Source: Hormiphora californensis (lineage: Eukaryota; Animalia; Ctenophora). From it: a stretch of 64,000 nucleotides of DNA. Position numbers and translations under genes: made by a program. The notes under the pieces were generated by a model, which was not told the DNA's origin, ran no database searches, and saw only the letters and a list, made by a program, of their open reading frames with translations. This document shows, one piece after another, positions 18,851-32,523 of this stretch. The first letter of the stretch is position 1, and every line of letters starts with the position of its first letter. The DNA lies in assembly GCA_020137815.1 (NCBI GenBank), contig CM035361.1, positions 496,001 to 560,000 on the forward strand, read 5' to 3'.

Positions 18851-21800
18851 GTGCTTAGCATTAACTTTACATTTGTACGTTCCCATTATTGTGTGCGGTA
18901 TACATCAGTTAACAGAAGTTTGCCATAAGATCTCGTGGCCTGAGCCAGTCACACAGCTGCAGGTGCTAGGACTGCTACAACATTTCAAGCCAAAAACGGT
19001 CCAATCCAGCCAATTGGACCACTCGAGTATCAGAAATTTTTAATAAATTAACTACTTAACTTATATTTATTACATAATTGGCAGCTATGATTTAAATCTA
19101 CAATCTACTGTCTGCATTTTAACCAGTTATCGAGTTAACTGGGCGCAGCGACAACTGCACTATGCTCAGATTTGATGAGTAACACCCGGGTTAATAACTT
19201 TGGGGGTCAAGGACAACTGACATATGAACCAGAAATTCAGTGCTTCTAAATATGATAATGCAGGAAACCCCTTCACGGTTTCACAAAGATTGGCTACTAG
19301 GTGAGCAGTTTAGAATGTAGCGTGAAACTCCATTATAGTTTCAACAGATCAAAAAGTTTAGTGCAAGTAGGCCAGCCTTTCTAGGGTGCATGGATACCCC
19401 TGCAGTAATCCATTTCACTTCTATTTGGAGACCGAGCGAGCTGCATGGGTGACTCAAAAGTTGACAAATTAGAAGAAAATGTGCTATCAAACTGCTTAAC
19501 ATACCGTTGTTAAAGACTCTGTAGGTTCCAAGTGTTTTCAACTCAAACAGCAGCGTGGAATGCTGACCTCAAAGGACCTGGGGTTGGGGGAGGGGGAGTT
19601 AGGTACATGGAATCAAAACTTCTTCAACTAAACACCAGGCCTTGGTGCCAAGTCCTGGCGGTGTTTAGTTGAAGAGAAATACATTGTTAACTAGGGGTTG
19701 TCATCAAAGATAATAAGGTGGGAGAGGTGCAGGACTTGGCAGCCTTTTAATTTCCCAAATTTTATTACTTCAACATCGACTTGACTAGAGCCCACTATAT
19801 TTGGTTTGCAAACTGCTGTGTATAACTGATATCAAATGGGAACAATGAGGGGGACGTTAGGAGTCTGTAGAAGGTTGTGAAGCTTCTCATTGTCCCTTAT
19901 GGTGAACCCCAAACAACAGTCCAACGGCGCTGGTGACACAGAACCGCCAACCAACCTACCGACTGGTCGATTGACGATCCCACCTCCACTATTGGGCGGA
20001 CCCGGGAGAATGGACCTACCACGTCGTGTCTTTACAAGTAGCCGGTTCGGTTGTCAATCGACCCGACTACTCGCCAGTTTGTGTTGCCGCCCCCGGCAAT
20101 GCGCTGCTGTCAACGCACTACCAGAACACATCCAGCCGAACAAAGCTCTCTGTGCTTAGCATTAACTTTACATTTGTACGTTCCCATTATTGTGTGCGGT
20201 ATACATCAGTTAACAGAAGTTTGCCATAAGATCTCGTGGCCTGAGCCAGTCACACAGCTGCAGGTGCTAGGACTGCTACAACATTTCAAGCCAAAAACGG
20301 TCCAATCCAGCCAATTGGACCACTCGAGTATCAGAAATTTTGAATATATTAACTACTTAACTTATATTTATTACATAATTGGCAGCTATGATTTAAATCT
20401 ACAATCTACTGTCTACATTTTGACCAGTTATCGAGTTAACTGGGCGCAGCGACAACTGCACTATGCTCAGATTTGATGAGTAACACCCGGGTTAATAACT
20501 TTGGGGGTCAAGGACAATTGACATATGAACCAGAAATTCAGTGCTTCTAAATATTATAATGCAGGAAACCCCTTCACGGTTTCACAAAGATTGGCTACTA
20601 GGTGAGCAGTTTAGAATGTAGCCTGAAACTCCATTACAGTTTCAACAGATCAAAAAGTTTAGTGCAAGTAGGCCAGCCTTTCTAGGGTGCATGGATACCC
20701 CTGCAGTAATCCATTTCACTTCTATTTGGAGACCGAGCGAGCTGCATGGGTGACTCAAAAGTTGACAAATTAGAAGAAAATGTGCTATCAAACTGCTTAA
20801 CATACCGTTGTTAAAGACTCTGTAGGTTCCAAGTGTTTTCAACTCAAACAGCGGCATGGTATGTTGACCTCAAAGGACCTGGGGTTGGGGGAGGGGGAGT
20901 TAGGTACATGGAATCAAGACTTCTTCAACTAAACACCAGGCCTTGGTGCCAAGTCCTGGCGGTGTTTAGTTGAAGAGAAATACATTGTTAACTAGGGGTT
21001 GTCATCAAAGATATTAAGGTGGGAGAGGTGCAGGACTTGGCGGCCGTTTAATTTCCCAAATTTTATTACTTCAACAATCGACTTGACTAGAGCCCACTAT
21101 ATTTGGTTTGCAAACTACTGTGTATAACTGATATCAAATGGGAACAATGAGGGGGACGTTAGGAGTCTGTAGAAGGTTGTGAAGCTTCTCATTGTCCCTT
21201 ATGGTGAACCCCAAACAACAGTCCAACGGCGCTGGTGACACAGAACCGCCAACCAACACTACCGACTGGTCGATTGACGATCCCACCTCCACTATTGGGC
21301 GGAACCCGGGAGAATGGACCTACCACGTCGTGTCTTTACAAGTAGCCGGTTCGGTTGTCAATCGACCCGACTACTCGCCAGTTTGTGTTGCCGCCCCCGG
21401 CAATGCGCTGCTGTCAACGCACTACCAGAAACACATCCAGCCGAACAAAGCTCTCTGTGCTTAGCATTAACTTTACATTTGTACGTTCCCATTATTGTGT
21501 GCGGTATACATCAGTTAACAGAAGTTTGCCATAAGATCTCGTGGCCTGAGCCAGTCACACAGCTGCAGGTGCTAGGACTGCTACAACATTTCAAGCCAAA
21601 AACGGTCCAATCCAGCAAATTGGACCACTCGAGTATCAGAAATTTTGAATATATTAACTACTTAACTTATATTTATTACATAATTGGCAGCTATGATTTA
21701 AATCTACAATCTACTGTCTACATTTTGACCAGTTATCGAGTTAACTGGGCGCAGCGACAACTGCACTATGCTCAGATTTGATGAGTAACACCCGGGTTAA

Positions 21801-24439
21801 TAACTTTGGGGGTCAAGGACAATTGACATATGAACCAGAAATTCAGTGCTTCTAAATATTATAATGCAGGAAACCCCTTCACGGTTTCACAAAGATTGGC
21901 TACAAGGTGAGCAGTTTAGAATGTAGCCTGAAACTCCATTACAGTTTCAACAGATCAAAACGTTTAGTGCAAGTAGGACAGCCTTACTAGTGTGCATGGA
22001 TACCCCTGCAGTAATTCCATTCCATTCTATAGTTGGAGACCAAGCGAGCTGCATGGGTGGCTCAAAAGTTGACAAATTAGAAGAAAATGTGTTGTCAAAC
22101 TGCTATCATAACATACCGTTGTTCAAGGCTCTGTAGGTTCCAAGTGTTTTTGGTTCAAACTGCAACGTGGTATGTTGACCTCAAAGGACCTGGGGTTGGG
22201 GGAGGGGAGTTAGGTACATGGAATGAAAACTTGAGAAGTTTCTTCAAGTAAACGCATGGCCTTGACTGCTTAGTGTTTATAAACCCAGAGGGCAGAACAC
22301 AAAAAATAACTCATCTTACTACAGACAAAATACAGGTGCTATGACCTACCAAGTTCCTATTAAATCACTTCCAAATTCTGAAGCACACCAAAACAGGAAG
22401 CTAAAGTCAGTTGACGGCCGACAATAGTCCAGTAAAGTATGTGTAAATTAGAATTAGGAAATGATCTCGCCAGACCTTGATGAGTCATAACAGACAGCCC
22501 GGAGCCAGTCACACAGCTGCAGGTGCTAGGACTGCTGCAACATTTCAAGCCAAAAACAGTCCAATCCAGTCAATTGGACCTCTTGAACATCAGAAATTTT
22601 GAATATGATTACATATTTGGCAGCTATGATTTACATCTACAATCTACTGCCTACATTTTAACCAGTTATCGAGTTAACTGGGTGCAGCGACAACTGCTAT
22701 GCTCAGATTTGGTGAGTAACACCCGGGTTAATAACTTTGGGGGTCAAGGATAATTGACATATGAACCAGAAATTCAGTGCTTCATAATACGTATGCATGA
22801 AACCCCTTCACGGTTTCGCAAAGAAAGGCTACTATGTGAGCAATTTAGAATGTAGCCTGAAACTCCGTCACAGTTTCAACAGATCAAAAAGTTTAGTGCA
22901 AGTAGGCCAGCCTTACTAGTGTGCATGGATACCCCTGCAGTAATCCATTTCACTTCTATTTGGAGACCGAGCGAGCTGCATGGGTGACTCAAAAGTTGAC
23001 AAATTAGAAGAAAATGTGTTGTCACTTATTGCTATAGGACTGAAATGCCCGGACATGAGCCATTTATTTTACCCCTAGCGTCAAACATAACAGACAGGAT
23101 CCCACCCAATCACGAAAAGTAACACAAAGTAACGATTGATTCATCGATTTGATTGACTGCCCTATCAATGACTATTATAGATAACCTCACATCCAATAAC
23201 CCCAATTTTAAAAATAGGACAGCAAATCACCCTCAAGTTGCCATAACAGAATGCAAGTTGGAAAGAGACCTGTCGAGTAACGACCAAAAATTTAACACCC
23301 CCATGCAGTTTCCTATTAGACACAAGACGATAGGAAACATCCATATTGCCATAAAAATTTGAACACCGGTGTTATGGCATGGAAGCACCAATACCAAATC
23401 ATTCCCATTCTTGAATTACATCCTCAATTGGATACCATCCCCACAACCGATGTTTGGATATGTATGCTTGGTCTTCGGCTGGTTACCGCCAAAACATACA
23501 CCAAAGGTTGCTTGACGTATAACGCAAGGTCATGTGATTGAATACAGTACAGATTCTCACAGTTCAGAACACAAGCATTCTTCTTATGGCAATATGGATC
23601 TGATCCTACTAGGCAGGGGGAAGTTGCACCCGAGACCCAAGAGTGTAATAGCAATTGTACCCCCAGTGGCCTAGTTACTCAATAACAGTGGCCATGAAGT
23701 GTAGAAAGGACACGATTGATATCAACACCCCCATCCATTTTTGACCTTTTTGACCTCCCCAGCAGTTTAATTTTTAGTAGTCTACACATTTGAACCGAAA
23801 ATTTGAAATTCTGAGATTTGAAGTGTAGTTGTCGACAGGACTGCCCCCCAGGATTAGTTCTTACCTTGTTCGCAGAGACAAAAAGATACAAACGTCCAAC
23901 ATCCTCTACAGATCCTGAATGTCCCCTCTTGTTAAATACTCTTTGCCAATATCACGATCCTCTTACAACTCCTGAGAGCACGGTGTTAGCGAGAGAGTCA
24001 AGGATTTCAAGGGAGCAATTAAATTATAGCTCAAATCGCATAAATAATAAAGTGTGTGTGTCTTGAGTTAACTTTATAATGTATCAGTTACCTTGTTTAG
24101 CTGGGTGGGATGTTACAGCTTGGACTGGGTAGGTAGTAACTGTAGTAGCAGGATCTCACAAAACAGGGTATCTGGGAGAGAGAGAGAGCACAATGATAGA
24201 GATATTCAGTAAAGCAAATAGGATGACCTTGTCAGAGCATATATGTATTGTCATTCCTTTGAGAGCGAGAACCACGGTCAGAGTATTGGCTTAACAAAGG
24301 TAACAAGCGAGGCAAGTAGTAGGGACTCACCTTTTGATCAGAGAGGCAATCAGGAATAGAAATGACGAACAAAGGAAATGAGCCCTTCCCGCGCTTCCAT
24401 CGCGAGATGACTGATCGCGTGACTCAATCACGCGCGAAC

Positions 24440-24545
24440 GATGCAGGTCTCTGATTGGCCAACAGCATCACGTGAACAATGGAGGTCTCTGATTGGCTGA
24501 CAACATCACGTGACACGAATCCTCGCACGAGCGATGAACTCGGGT
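24440..24545. repeat. Dispersed CCAAT/E-box-rich repeat (also ~28550-28650, 37645-37730, 41925-41965)
   Basis: ggtctctgattggctgacaacatcacgtgaca(c/t)gaatcctcg recurs in both orientations. Confidence 0.7.
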
Positions 24546-24572
24546 CTCTCGCCATGTTTCTCTCTCTTTCTC

Positions 24573-24612
<40 letters not shown>

Positions 24613-24867
24613 AACGGTCGTTTTGAACTGATAAAGAGATAACAGATGAGGGTTGAAAAGTTAAAGAATTTGGGGATGGGCCGATGGTTCGGAATAAAAT
24701 GGAAAGATAAAAGTGTTTAAAAGGTTAAACAGTGGGGGACCTGGGGAAAATAGGTCTCAAGCTCAGTACACTGTCTCTTGCGAATCAAAACGGCCAGTCT
24801 CGCAGTCGCACTATGGTGCTCCAAATGGCTCATGTTGAATTTCTGTGTTAAATTATAAAAAGCGAAC

Positions 24868-25162
24868 TAAAAGTGAAAAAAAGTGAAGTGAAAACAAAGT
24901 GAAGTGAAAAAAAAGTGAAGTGAAAAAAAAGTGAAGTGAAAAAAAAGTGAAGTGAAAACAAAGTGAAGTGAAAAAAAAGTGAAGTGAAAAAAAAGTGAAG
25001 TGAAAAAAAGTGAAGTGAAAACAAAGTGAAGTGAAAACAAAGTGAAGTGGAAAAAAGTGAAGTGAAAAAAAAGTGAAGTGAAAAAAAGTGAAGTGAAAAA
25101 AGGTGAAGTGAAAAAAAAGTGAAGTGAAAAAAAGTGAAGTGAAAAAAAAGTGAAGTGAAAAA
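24868..25162. repeat. (GTGAAGTGAAAAAAA)n simple repeat
   Basis: Seen directly. Confidence 0.95.
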
Positions 25163-25205
25163 TTTTTGATTTGACCTCTTGGTGAGTCACGTGCTCTAAA
25201 TGGCT

Positions 25206-26261
25206 CAGGTGGCTCAGGTAGGATAGACGCTTTTTATAAACCATATTGAGGCCAAACGAAAAGAGATCGAGACTTCTAGTTTTCACTAGCTCGTAGATCT
25301 ACTAGATGTGTGTGCATTAGTTGGGGTGAACTTTACCATCATCTCCAGAAACGTCCTACAGAACGTCTTAAAGTTGTCATTTTTGATACACTGACCAAAC
25401 TTCTTTGAGCTCAATTTACACCTTTAAAATGGATTCTAATCGAAAAATCAAGACTATATCATAGAAAGAGAATTGTCTGAACTTTCAGATATTATATTGC
25501 AAATTTTCAGAACCCGAGTTCTAAGGGTCGTAAATCGCGTCGAAAGTGTTATGACTATGTTAAAATAGATATGACGATATGGCTTTTTTCGCCATAGCGG
25601 GTCCAAATCTCAACAAATCCATCTCAAACTTAATCAATATCTTTGACTTGATATTCCGGATGATAGTACGTCATCAGTATGACGTCATAACGTCGTGACG
25701 TCACGTTATGACGTCAAAATGAAGCGAACATTTTATTTTTGACGTCATTTTGTTGTCATAACGTGACGTCACGACGTTATGACGTCATACTGATGACGTA
25801 ATATCATCCGGAATATCAAGTCGAAGATATTGATTAAGTTTGAGATGGATTTGTTGAGATTTGGACCCGCTATGGCGAAAAAAGCCATATCGTCATATCT
25901 ATTTTAACATAGTCATAACACTTTCGACGCGATTTACGACCCTTAGAACTCGGGTTCTGAAAATTTGCAATATAATATCTGAAAGTTCAGACAATTCTCT
26001 TTCTATGATATAGTCTTGATTTTTCGATTAGAATCCATTTTAAAGGTGTAAATTGAGCTCAAATAAGTTTGGTCAGTGTATCAAAAATGACAACTTTAAG
26101 ACGTTCTGTAGGACGTTTCTGGAGATGATGGTAAAGTTCACCCCAACTAATGCACACACATCTAGTAGATCTACGAGCTAGTGAAAACTAGAAGTCTCGA
26201 TCTCTTTTCGTTTGGCCTCAATATGGTTTATAAAAAGCGTCTATCCTACCTGAGCCACCTG
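25206..26261. repeat. ~1.05-kb near-perfect palindrome (foldback element) with central TGACGTCA cluster
   Basis: Arms 25206-~25722 and ~25745-26261 are reverse complements with only a handful of mismatches. Confidence 0.9.
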
Positions 26262-26640
26262 GGGGTCTTTCACGAAACAATTAGGACCGAAGTTAGGACC
26301 GGTCCCAGCGTAGTTAGGACCAAAATTTGCAATGTGGCTTTCACGAACGGCCAAAGTTAGGACCGTTTTTAGAGAGTTAGGACCGGTCCCAACTTTCGGT
26401 CCTAACTCCGGTCCCAGCTGTGTAATTCGACACTTTAATTGCGTGATGCCCCACGTGACTACCTTTCCCGCGGTCCTAACTATCAAAAAAGATCCCAACT
26501 CTCTAATTTGCGGTCCCAACTCCGGTCCCAACCACTAGGATTTTGGTCCTAACTCTCCCTAGAGTTAGGACAGGTAAAAGCTGTCCTAACTCTCAGTTGG
26601 GACCAAAATGTGGTCCTAACTTTGATAGGTGAAGCCATAA
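26262..26640. repeat. MITE-like element rich in ttaggacc/ggtcctaa motifs in both orientations
   Basis: More than a dozen agttaggacc / ggtcc(t/c)aact motifs. Confidence 0.6.
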
Positions 26641-26784
26641 TGTGCATTCGAGCACCATGAGTATACACTTTTATGGGATCTCAGCCGCAGTTTTAATGAA
26701 AACAAGACAATTCCCAAGACAACCTCAAATTGCTTCAATCTTCATAAATAAACTATTTGTGAACTCCTGAAAGAGAGAGAGAGT

Positions 26785-26838
<54 letters not shown>

Positions 26839-28129
26839 AAAAAAGGGGACGTGTGATATACTCTACCTACTCATAAATGTTGAGCTGTTAATAATGTGTA
26901 CGTTGAAATAATATCACGTGTGTCGGTAGTGAAAAATAGGCTAGTGTGTCAAGTGATAAAAGGGTAAGTGACAAATAAAATGTGAAGTGAAAAAAGTGGA
27001 AGTGAAAAAAACATGGAAGTGAAAAAATGGTTGCATTTGGACCTGCTTCAGCCAGTGTTGTTTTTATGCTATCGAGTGACGTCATATAGTCAGTGTCGGT
27101 CCCGTTGTGGTCTCTGCTACCAGTGTCTTCGCGCAGATCGAGATCTCTCTGTGATTTCTTCTGTGCATATCTTGTATCACTCGGTTCGTCCAGCACGATC
27201 GGATAACGTGTGTGATATATCGATTTGCGACTCGTGTGTCGCTGGAAGTGGTGATGAAACAACATATGTGTGGGCGGACATTCGGATCATTAGGGCATTC
27301 GTGACGGTAGCGCTATCACAGTGTTTTTGTGTACTATGGATTTAGGTCTGGGGGGCGTATGCTGTGTGTTGTCTATCTCATCACTATATTGTGCTCTCGC
27401 ACCTCCACACCATAAGGGAATCAAGACCGTGGAAGGTGTGCGCTGATTAGGTTGTGGTAAATGCGGGTGGGTGGGAGTGTAAAGAAAAAAGGAGGGTGGA
27501 CGTAGACACGGGTGCTCGAGTATACTCACATGTGCGAGTGCGGGCTGTCTGTGGATGAATAAGCAGAAAGAGAGAGAGAGAAAAAAAAAAAGGGGGATTT
27601 CGCAATGGCTGATGGTGGGTTGAAGGTATGTGTGAGCGGGTGGCAGGGGGTCTGTGTCGGTTGAGTGGGATTGTCGGTAATGGGGTGGGGAGGTGAATAG
27701 TGAATAATCTTATGGTGTGAGGGTAGGGGAAAAGGAAAAGTGAGAAGGAGGGAGAGTGGAGGGAGATGAGAGGTAACTGTATAAAGAACATAGGAAACAG
27801 AGATGTAGAAGAGAGCGCCTAGTCGGGTGTGAAATAAGAGAAGGAGGAGGAGAGGGGGGGGGAAGAAGATGGGGGAGAGAAAAAAGCGGAAGAAAGGAAA
27901 AAGGAAGGGAAGAAGGGGAAGAATAAAAAGAGGGAAAGAAAAGGGGGAAAATGAAATGGGGTGGAAGCAGGGGGGGAAAGAAAGGGTGGGGAAATTAAAA
28001 GGGGGAAGGAAAGGGTGGTGGTAAATTAAAGGGGGTAACTAGGCAAATGGTGGAAAAGGAAAGGGGGGGAAAGAAAGTGGGGGAAAATGAAGGGGGGGAA
28101 AGGAATGGGGTGACATTCAATGTGTTTCA

Positions 28130-31100
28130 CTGCACTTTGTTTTCATTTCATTTTTTTTTTCCTTCACTTTTTTTTAACTTAAGTTTTTTCACTTCCTTTG
28201 TGTTCACGCACTTTTTTTCACTGTTAGGTGCTTTTATAAAGTTAACACGAAATTCAACCATAGGCCATTTGGAGACCATAGTGCGACTGCGAGCTGCCGT
28301 TTTGATGTCGCAGAGACAAGTTACTGAGCATGGAGACGAGATTTTCCCCAGGTCCACCAACTGTTTAACCTTTTAACACTGGGGTATCTTCCAAGTTTAT
28401 GCCGACCATCGGACCCATCCCCAAATTCTTGAAATTGTCAACCACGACATCTGTTTTCTCTTTTAATTCAAACGACCTTGAAGTAGAGAGCGTAGAGAGA
28501 GAGAAAGAGAGAGAGAAAGTAGAGGAAAGTAGAGATGAAACTGGCAGGAGACCCGAGATTCTTCGCTCGTGCGGAGGAATTCGTGTCAAGTGATGTTGTC
28601 CAGCCACCGAGACCATCCATTGTTCACGTGATGATGATTTGCCATCAGAGACCTGCTCGTGACAGTTCGCGTGAAGTTTGATTCTACGCGATCAGTCATC
28701 TCGCGATGGAAGACGCGGAAGGGACTCTTTCCTTTTGTTCGTCTTATTCTTCTATTCCTGATTGCTCTCTGTCAAAAGGTGAGTCCCTACTACTTGCCCT
28801 CGCGTGTTACCGTTGGTTAAGCCTAATACTCTGACGAGGGTCGCGCTCTCAAAGGAATGACAATACATATATGCTCTGACAAGGTCATCCTATTTGCTTT
28901 ACTGAATATCCTCTATCATTGTGCCTCTCTCTCTCTCTCTCAGATACCCTGTTTTTGTGAGATCCTGCTACTACAGTTACTACCTACCCAGTCCAAGCTG
29001 TAACATCCCACCCAGCTAAACAAGGTAACTGATACATTATAAAGTTAACTCAAGACACACACACTTTATTATTTATGCGATTTGAGCTATAATTTAATTG
29101 CTCCCTTGAAATCCTTGACTCTCTCGCTAACACCGTGCTCTCAGGAGTTGTAAGAGGATCGTGATATTGGCAAAGAGTATTTAACAAGAGGGGACATTCA
29201 GGATCTGTAGAGGATGTTGGACGTTTGTATCTTTTTGTCTCTGCGAACAAGGTAAGAACTAATCCTGGGGGGGCAGTCCTGTCGACAACTACACTTCAAA
29301 TCTCAGAATTTCAAATTTTCGGTTCAAATGTGTAGACTACTAAAAATTAAACTGCTGGGGAGGTCAAAAAGGTCAAAAATGGATGGGGGTGTTGATATCA
29401 ATCGTGTCCTTTCTACACTTCATGGCCACTGTTATTCTTGTGAGTAACTAGGATTCCACTGGCGGTTACACATATTGCTATTACACTTTGGTTGCACATC
29501 CACACTCTTTGGTGTCTCGGTGCAACTTCCCTGCTTAGTAGAGATTTCTAGATCCATATTGCCGATCAAGTAAAATGCTTTGTGTCTAGAACTGTGAGAA
29601 TACTTGTACTGTATGCAATCACATGAACCTTTTGCGTTATACTTCACGCAACTTTTGGTTTGTGTAGGTGTTGTAGCGCGGTAACCAGCCAGAGACTCAT
29701 ATGTCATACATATCCAAACATCGGTTTGGGGATGGTATCGCAAGTTGAGGAATGTTATTCTAGTGAGATGGGAATGTGGTTATGTCTATTGGTGCTTTCC
29801 ACTGCCATTAACACCAGTGGTGTTTCAATTTTTTATGGCATTATGATGTTTCTATCGTCTTTGCTGTCTAGTAGGCCAAACTCGCATGGGGGTTGGTTAA
29901 ATTTTGGGTCCGTTTACTCTACAGGGGTCTCCTGGTTCCACCACTTGCATCTGGTATGCACTTGAGGGTGATTTGCTCGTCTTATTTTAAATTGTGGGTT
30001 ATTTTTTTTCTCGGGAATGTTGCGCCAGCTTAGGGGGTTTTATCTTAATAGTCTTGATATTGGCAGTCAGCATCAAATCGATTGTAATCACTCGTCTTAC
30101 TACTTGTGTTAACTTTGTCTGGGGTGATTTGTGGGCTTGGATCCTGTCGATGTTATGTTTTTCACGCTAGGTAAAATAAATGGTCTCATGTCTCTGCATT
30201 TGCGTCCTATATCAATAAGTTGAACAACACACCAACGATTGGGAATCTCCTTTTCTTCTAATTTTGTCACTTTTAGCAGTCACCCATGCGCTCGCTCGTG
30301 GTCTCGCGAATAGAAGTAGTACTGGCCATTGCATCTTTTTGTCAGCGGGTATCTCCCTGCACACTAGTAGTGCTGGCCTTCTACTTGCCACTGGAAACTT
30401 TTTGTGATCTTGGTTTGAACACTGTGACGGAAGTTTCATCTGACCATTTCTAATGTGCTCACATATAAGCCCTTTCTTTGCGTAACCGTGACATGGGGTT
30501 CATGTCATATCGTATTATCAAGCACTCTGAATTCTTGGTTCCTATGTCAATTGATCCTTGACCCCCAAAGGTACTTCACCCGGGTGTTCTCACCAACATC
30601 TGAGCATAGATTCCCTGGAAGCATTGTCCTGACATTTCCCCAGTATTACTCGATAACTGTGTAAACTATGAGCGTCAGTAGAGATTTTGTAGTAGATGTG
30701 AAATCATAGCTGCCAAATAATGTAATCATATCTCCAAGTCGAATTTCTTGATCGCTTCTCAGAGGTCCAATTGTCTGGATTGGGACTGTTTTGTCTTGCA
30801 AATTGTTGCAGCCACAGCTCCTAGCACCTGCAGCTGTGTGGTATCTGGCTCCGGCTGTCTGTTATGACGTCATCAGGTCTTGGGCGTCGTATCATTTCAT
30901 AATTCTAATTTAACACTCATAGTCTTTTACACACTCTTAGTGTGACTCAGTTATGTCCGCCGTCAAATGACTTTTTAGCGTCCGTGTTTGTGTGTGGTGT
31001 CTTACATAGCATTTTGGGATAGTTGCTTTTACTAGGGGGGGAAGCTTGGTATATAGGGTCAATGCCACCTGTATTTTCTGCTCTGTCATGTATAAGATGA

Positions 31101-31180
31101 AGTTTTATTTTCCTTTGTCTGTTCTCTTCTCCTCTCGTTTTTGTGAATTGCTTCCTCTCATAAGGGTTTTCTCATATTTC
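28130..31180 (-). repeat. Inverted duplicate of ~22260-24900, with error-rich flanks
   Basis: 28850-29435 is essentially the exact reverse complement of 23670-24260; the flanks match with many indels. Confidence 0.85.
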
Positions 31181-31429
31181 CACTATGCTCTTAATCTCTC
31201 TTGTCTCTCTCTCTCCCCAAAGCATTAGGCACTCCACTTGTATTCTCCTGTCCTCAAATACACCCGTTTTATACACAGAACTGTTTTATGCTCGTGTCAG
31301 GGAAAGAGATAGGATCTGGGTTGGGGGAGGGAGGGAGGGAAAGGGGAAGGAACGGGAGGAATGGGCCGCAGGGAACGCAGGGCCGTGACTGCTTTGAGGT
31401 TGTGTATATAACCCAGAGGAGGCAACACA

Positions 31430-32423
31430 AAAACAGAACACATCATGCTTACTACAGACAAAAGACAGGTGGCTATGACCTACCAAGTTTCCTGATTAAA
31501 TCACTTCCAAAGTAGGAAGCACACCAAAACAGGAAGCTAAAGTCAGTTGACGGCCGACAATAGTCCAGTAAAGTATGTGTAAATTAGAATTAGGAAATGA
31601 TCTCGCCAGACCTTGATGAGTCATAACAGACAGCCCGGAGCAGTCACACAGCTGCAGGTGCTAGGACTGCTGCAACATTTCAAGCCAAAAACAGTCCAAT
31701 CCAGTCAATTGGACCTCTTGAACATCAGAAATTTTGAATATGATTACATATTTGGCAGCTATGATTTACATCTACAATCTACTGCCTACATTTTAACCAG
31801 TTATCGAGTTAACTGGGTGCAGCGACAACTGCTATGCTCAGATTTGGTGAGTAACACCCGGGTTAATAACTTTGGGGTCAAGGATAATTGACATATGAAC
31901 CAGAAATTCAGTGCTTCATAATACGTATGCATGAAACCCCTTCACGGTTTCGCAAAGAAAGGCTACTATGTGAGCAATTTAGAATGTAGCCTGAAACTCC
32001 GTCACAGTTTCAACAGATCAAAAAGTTTAGTGCAAGTAGGCCAGCCTTACTAGTGTGCATGGATACCCCTGCAGTAATCCATTTCACTTCTATTTGGAGA
32101 CCGAGCGAGCTGCATGGGTGACTCAAAAGTTGACAAATTAGAAGAAAATGTGTTGTCACTTATTGCTATAGGACTGAAATGCCCGGACATGAGCCATTTA
32201 TTTTACCCCTAGCGTCAAACATAACAGACAGGATCCCACCCAATCACGAAAAGTAACACAAAGTAACGATTGATTCATCGATTTGATTGACTGCCCTATC
32301 AATGACTATTATAGATAACCTCACATCCAATAACCCCAATTTTAAAAATAGGACAGCAAATCACCCTCAAGTTGCCATATCAGAATGCAAGGGTAAAGAG
32401 CCTGGTCGGTAACGACCAAAAAT
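31430..32423 (+). repeat. Direct duplicate of ~22290-23290 abutting the assembly gap
   Basis: Near-identical sequence ending at the Ns. Confidence 0.9.
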
Positions 32424-32523
32424 NNNNNNNNNNNNNNNNNNNNNNNNNNNNNNNNNNNNNNNNNNNNNNNNNNNNNNNNNNNNNNNNNNNNNNNNNNNNN
32501 NNNNNNNNNNNNNNNNNNNNNNN
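32424..32523. other. Assembly gap (100 N)
   Basis: Run of Ns. Confidence 0.99.

Larger units (their letters stand above)
18196..22250. repeat. Tandem array of a ~1.3-kb unit (starts 18196, 19575, 20876, partial 22187); further partial copies at 22502-23023 and ~31640-32156
   Basis: Near-identical units; the same spurious ORFs recur at 18589, 19890 and 21192. Confidence 0.95.

Noticed and set aside
19171-19222. TTGATGA..CTGA as a box C/D snoRNA on +
   Set aside because: The boxes are not retained in the other copies (TTGA; TTGGTGA).
18589-21781. Recurring + strand ORFs in the 1.3-kb repeat
   Set aside because: No recognisable domain, several use non-ATG starts, and they are frameshifted in copy 3.
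26900-28130. G/A-rich region as a novel element or gene
   Set aside because: It looks like error-rich unpolished sequence between duplicated blocks; no consistent structure.
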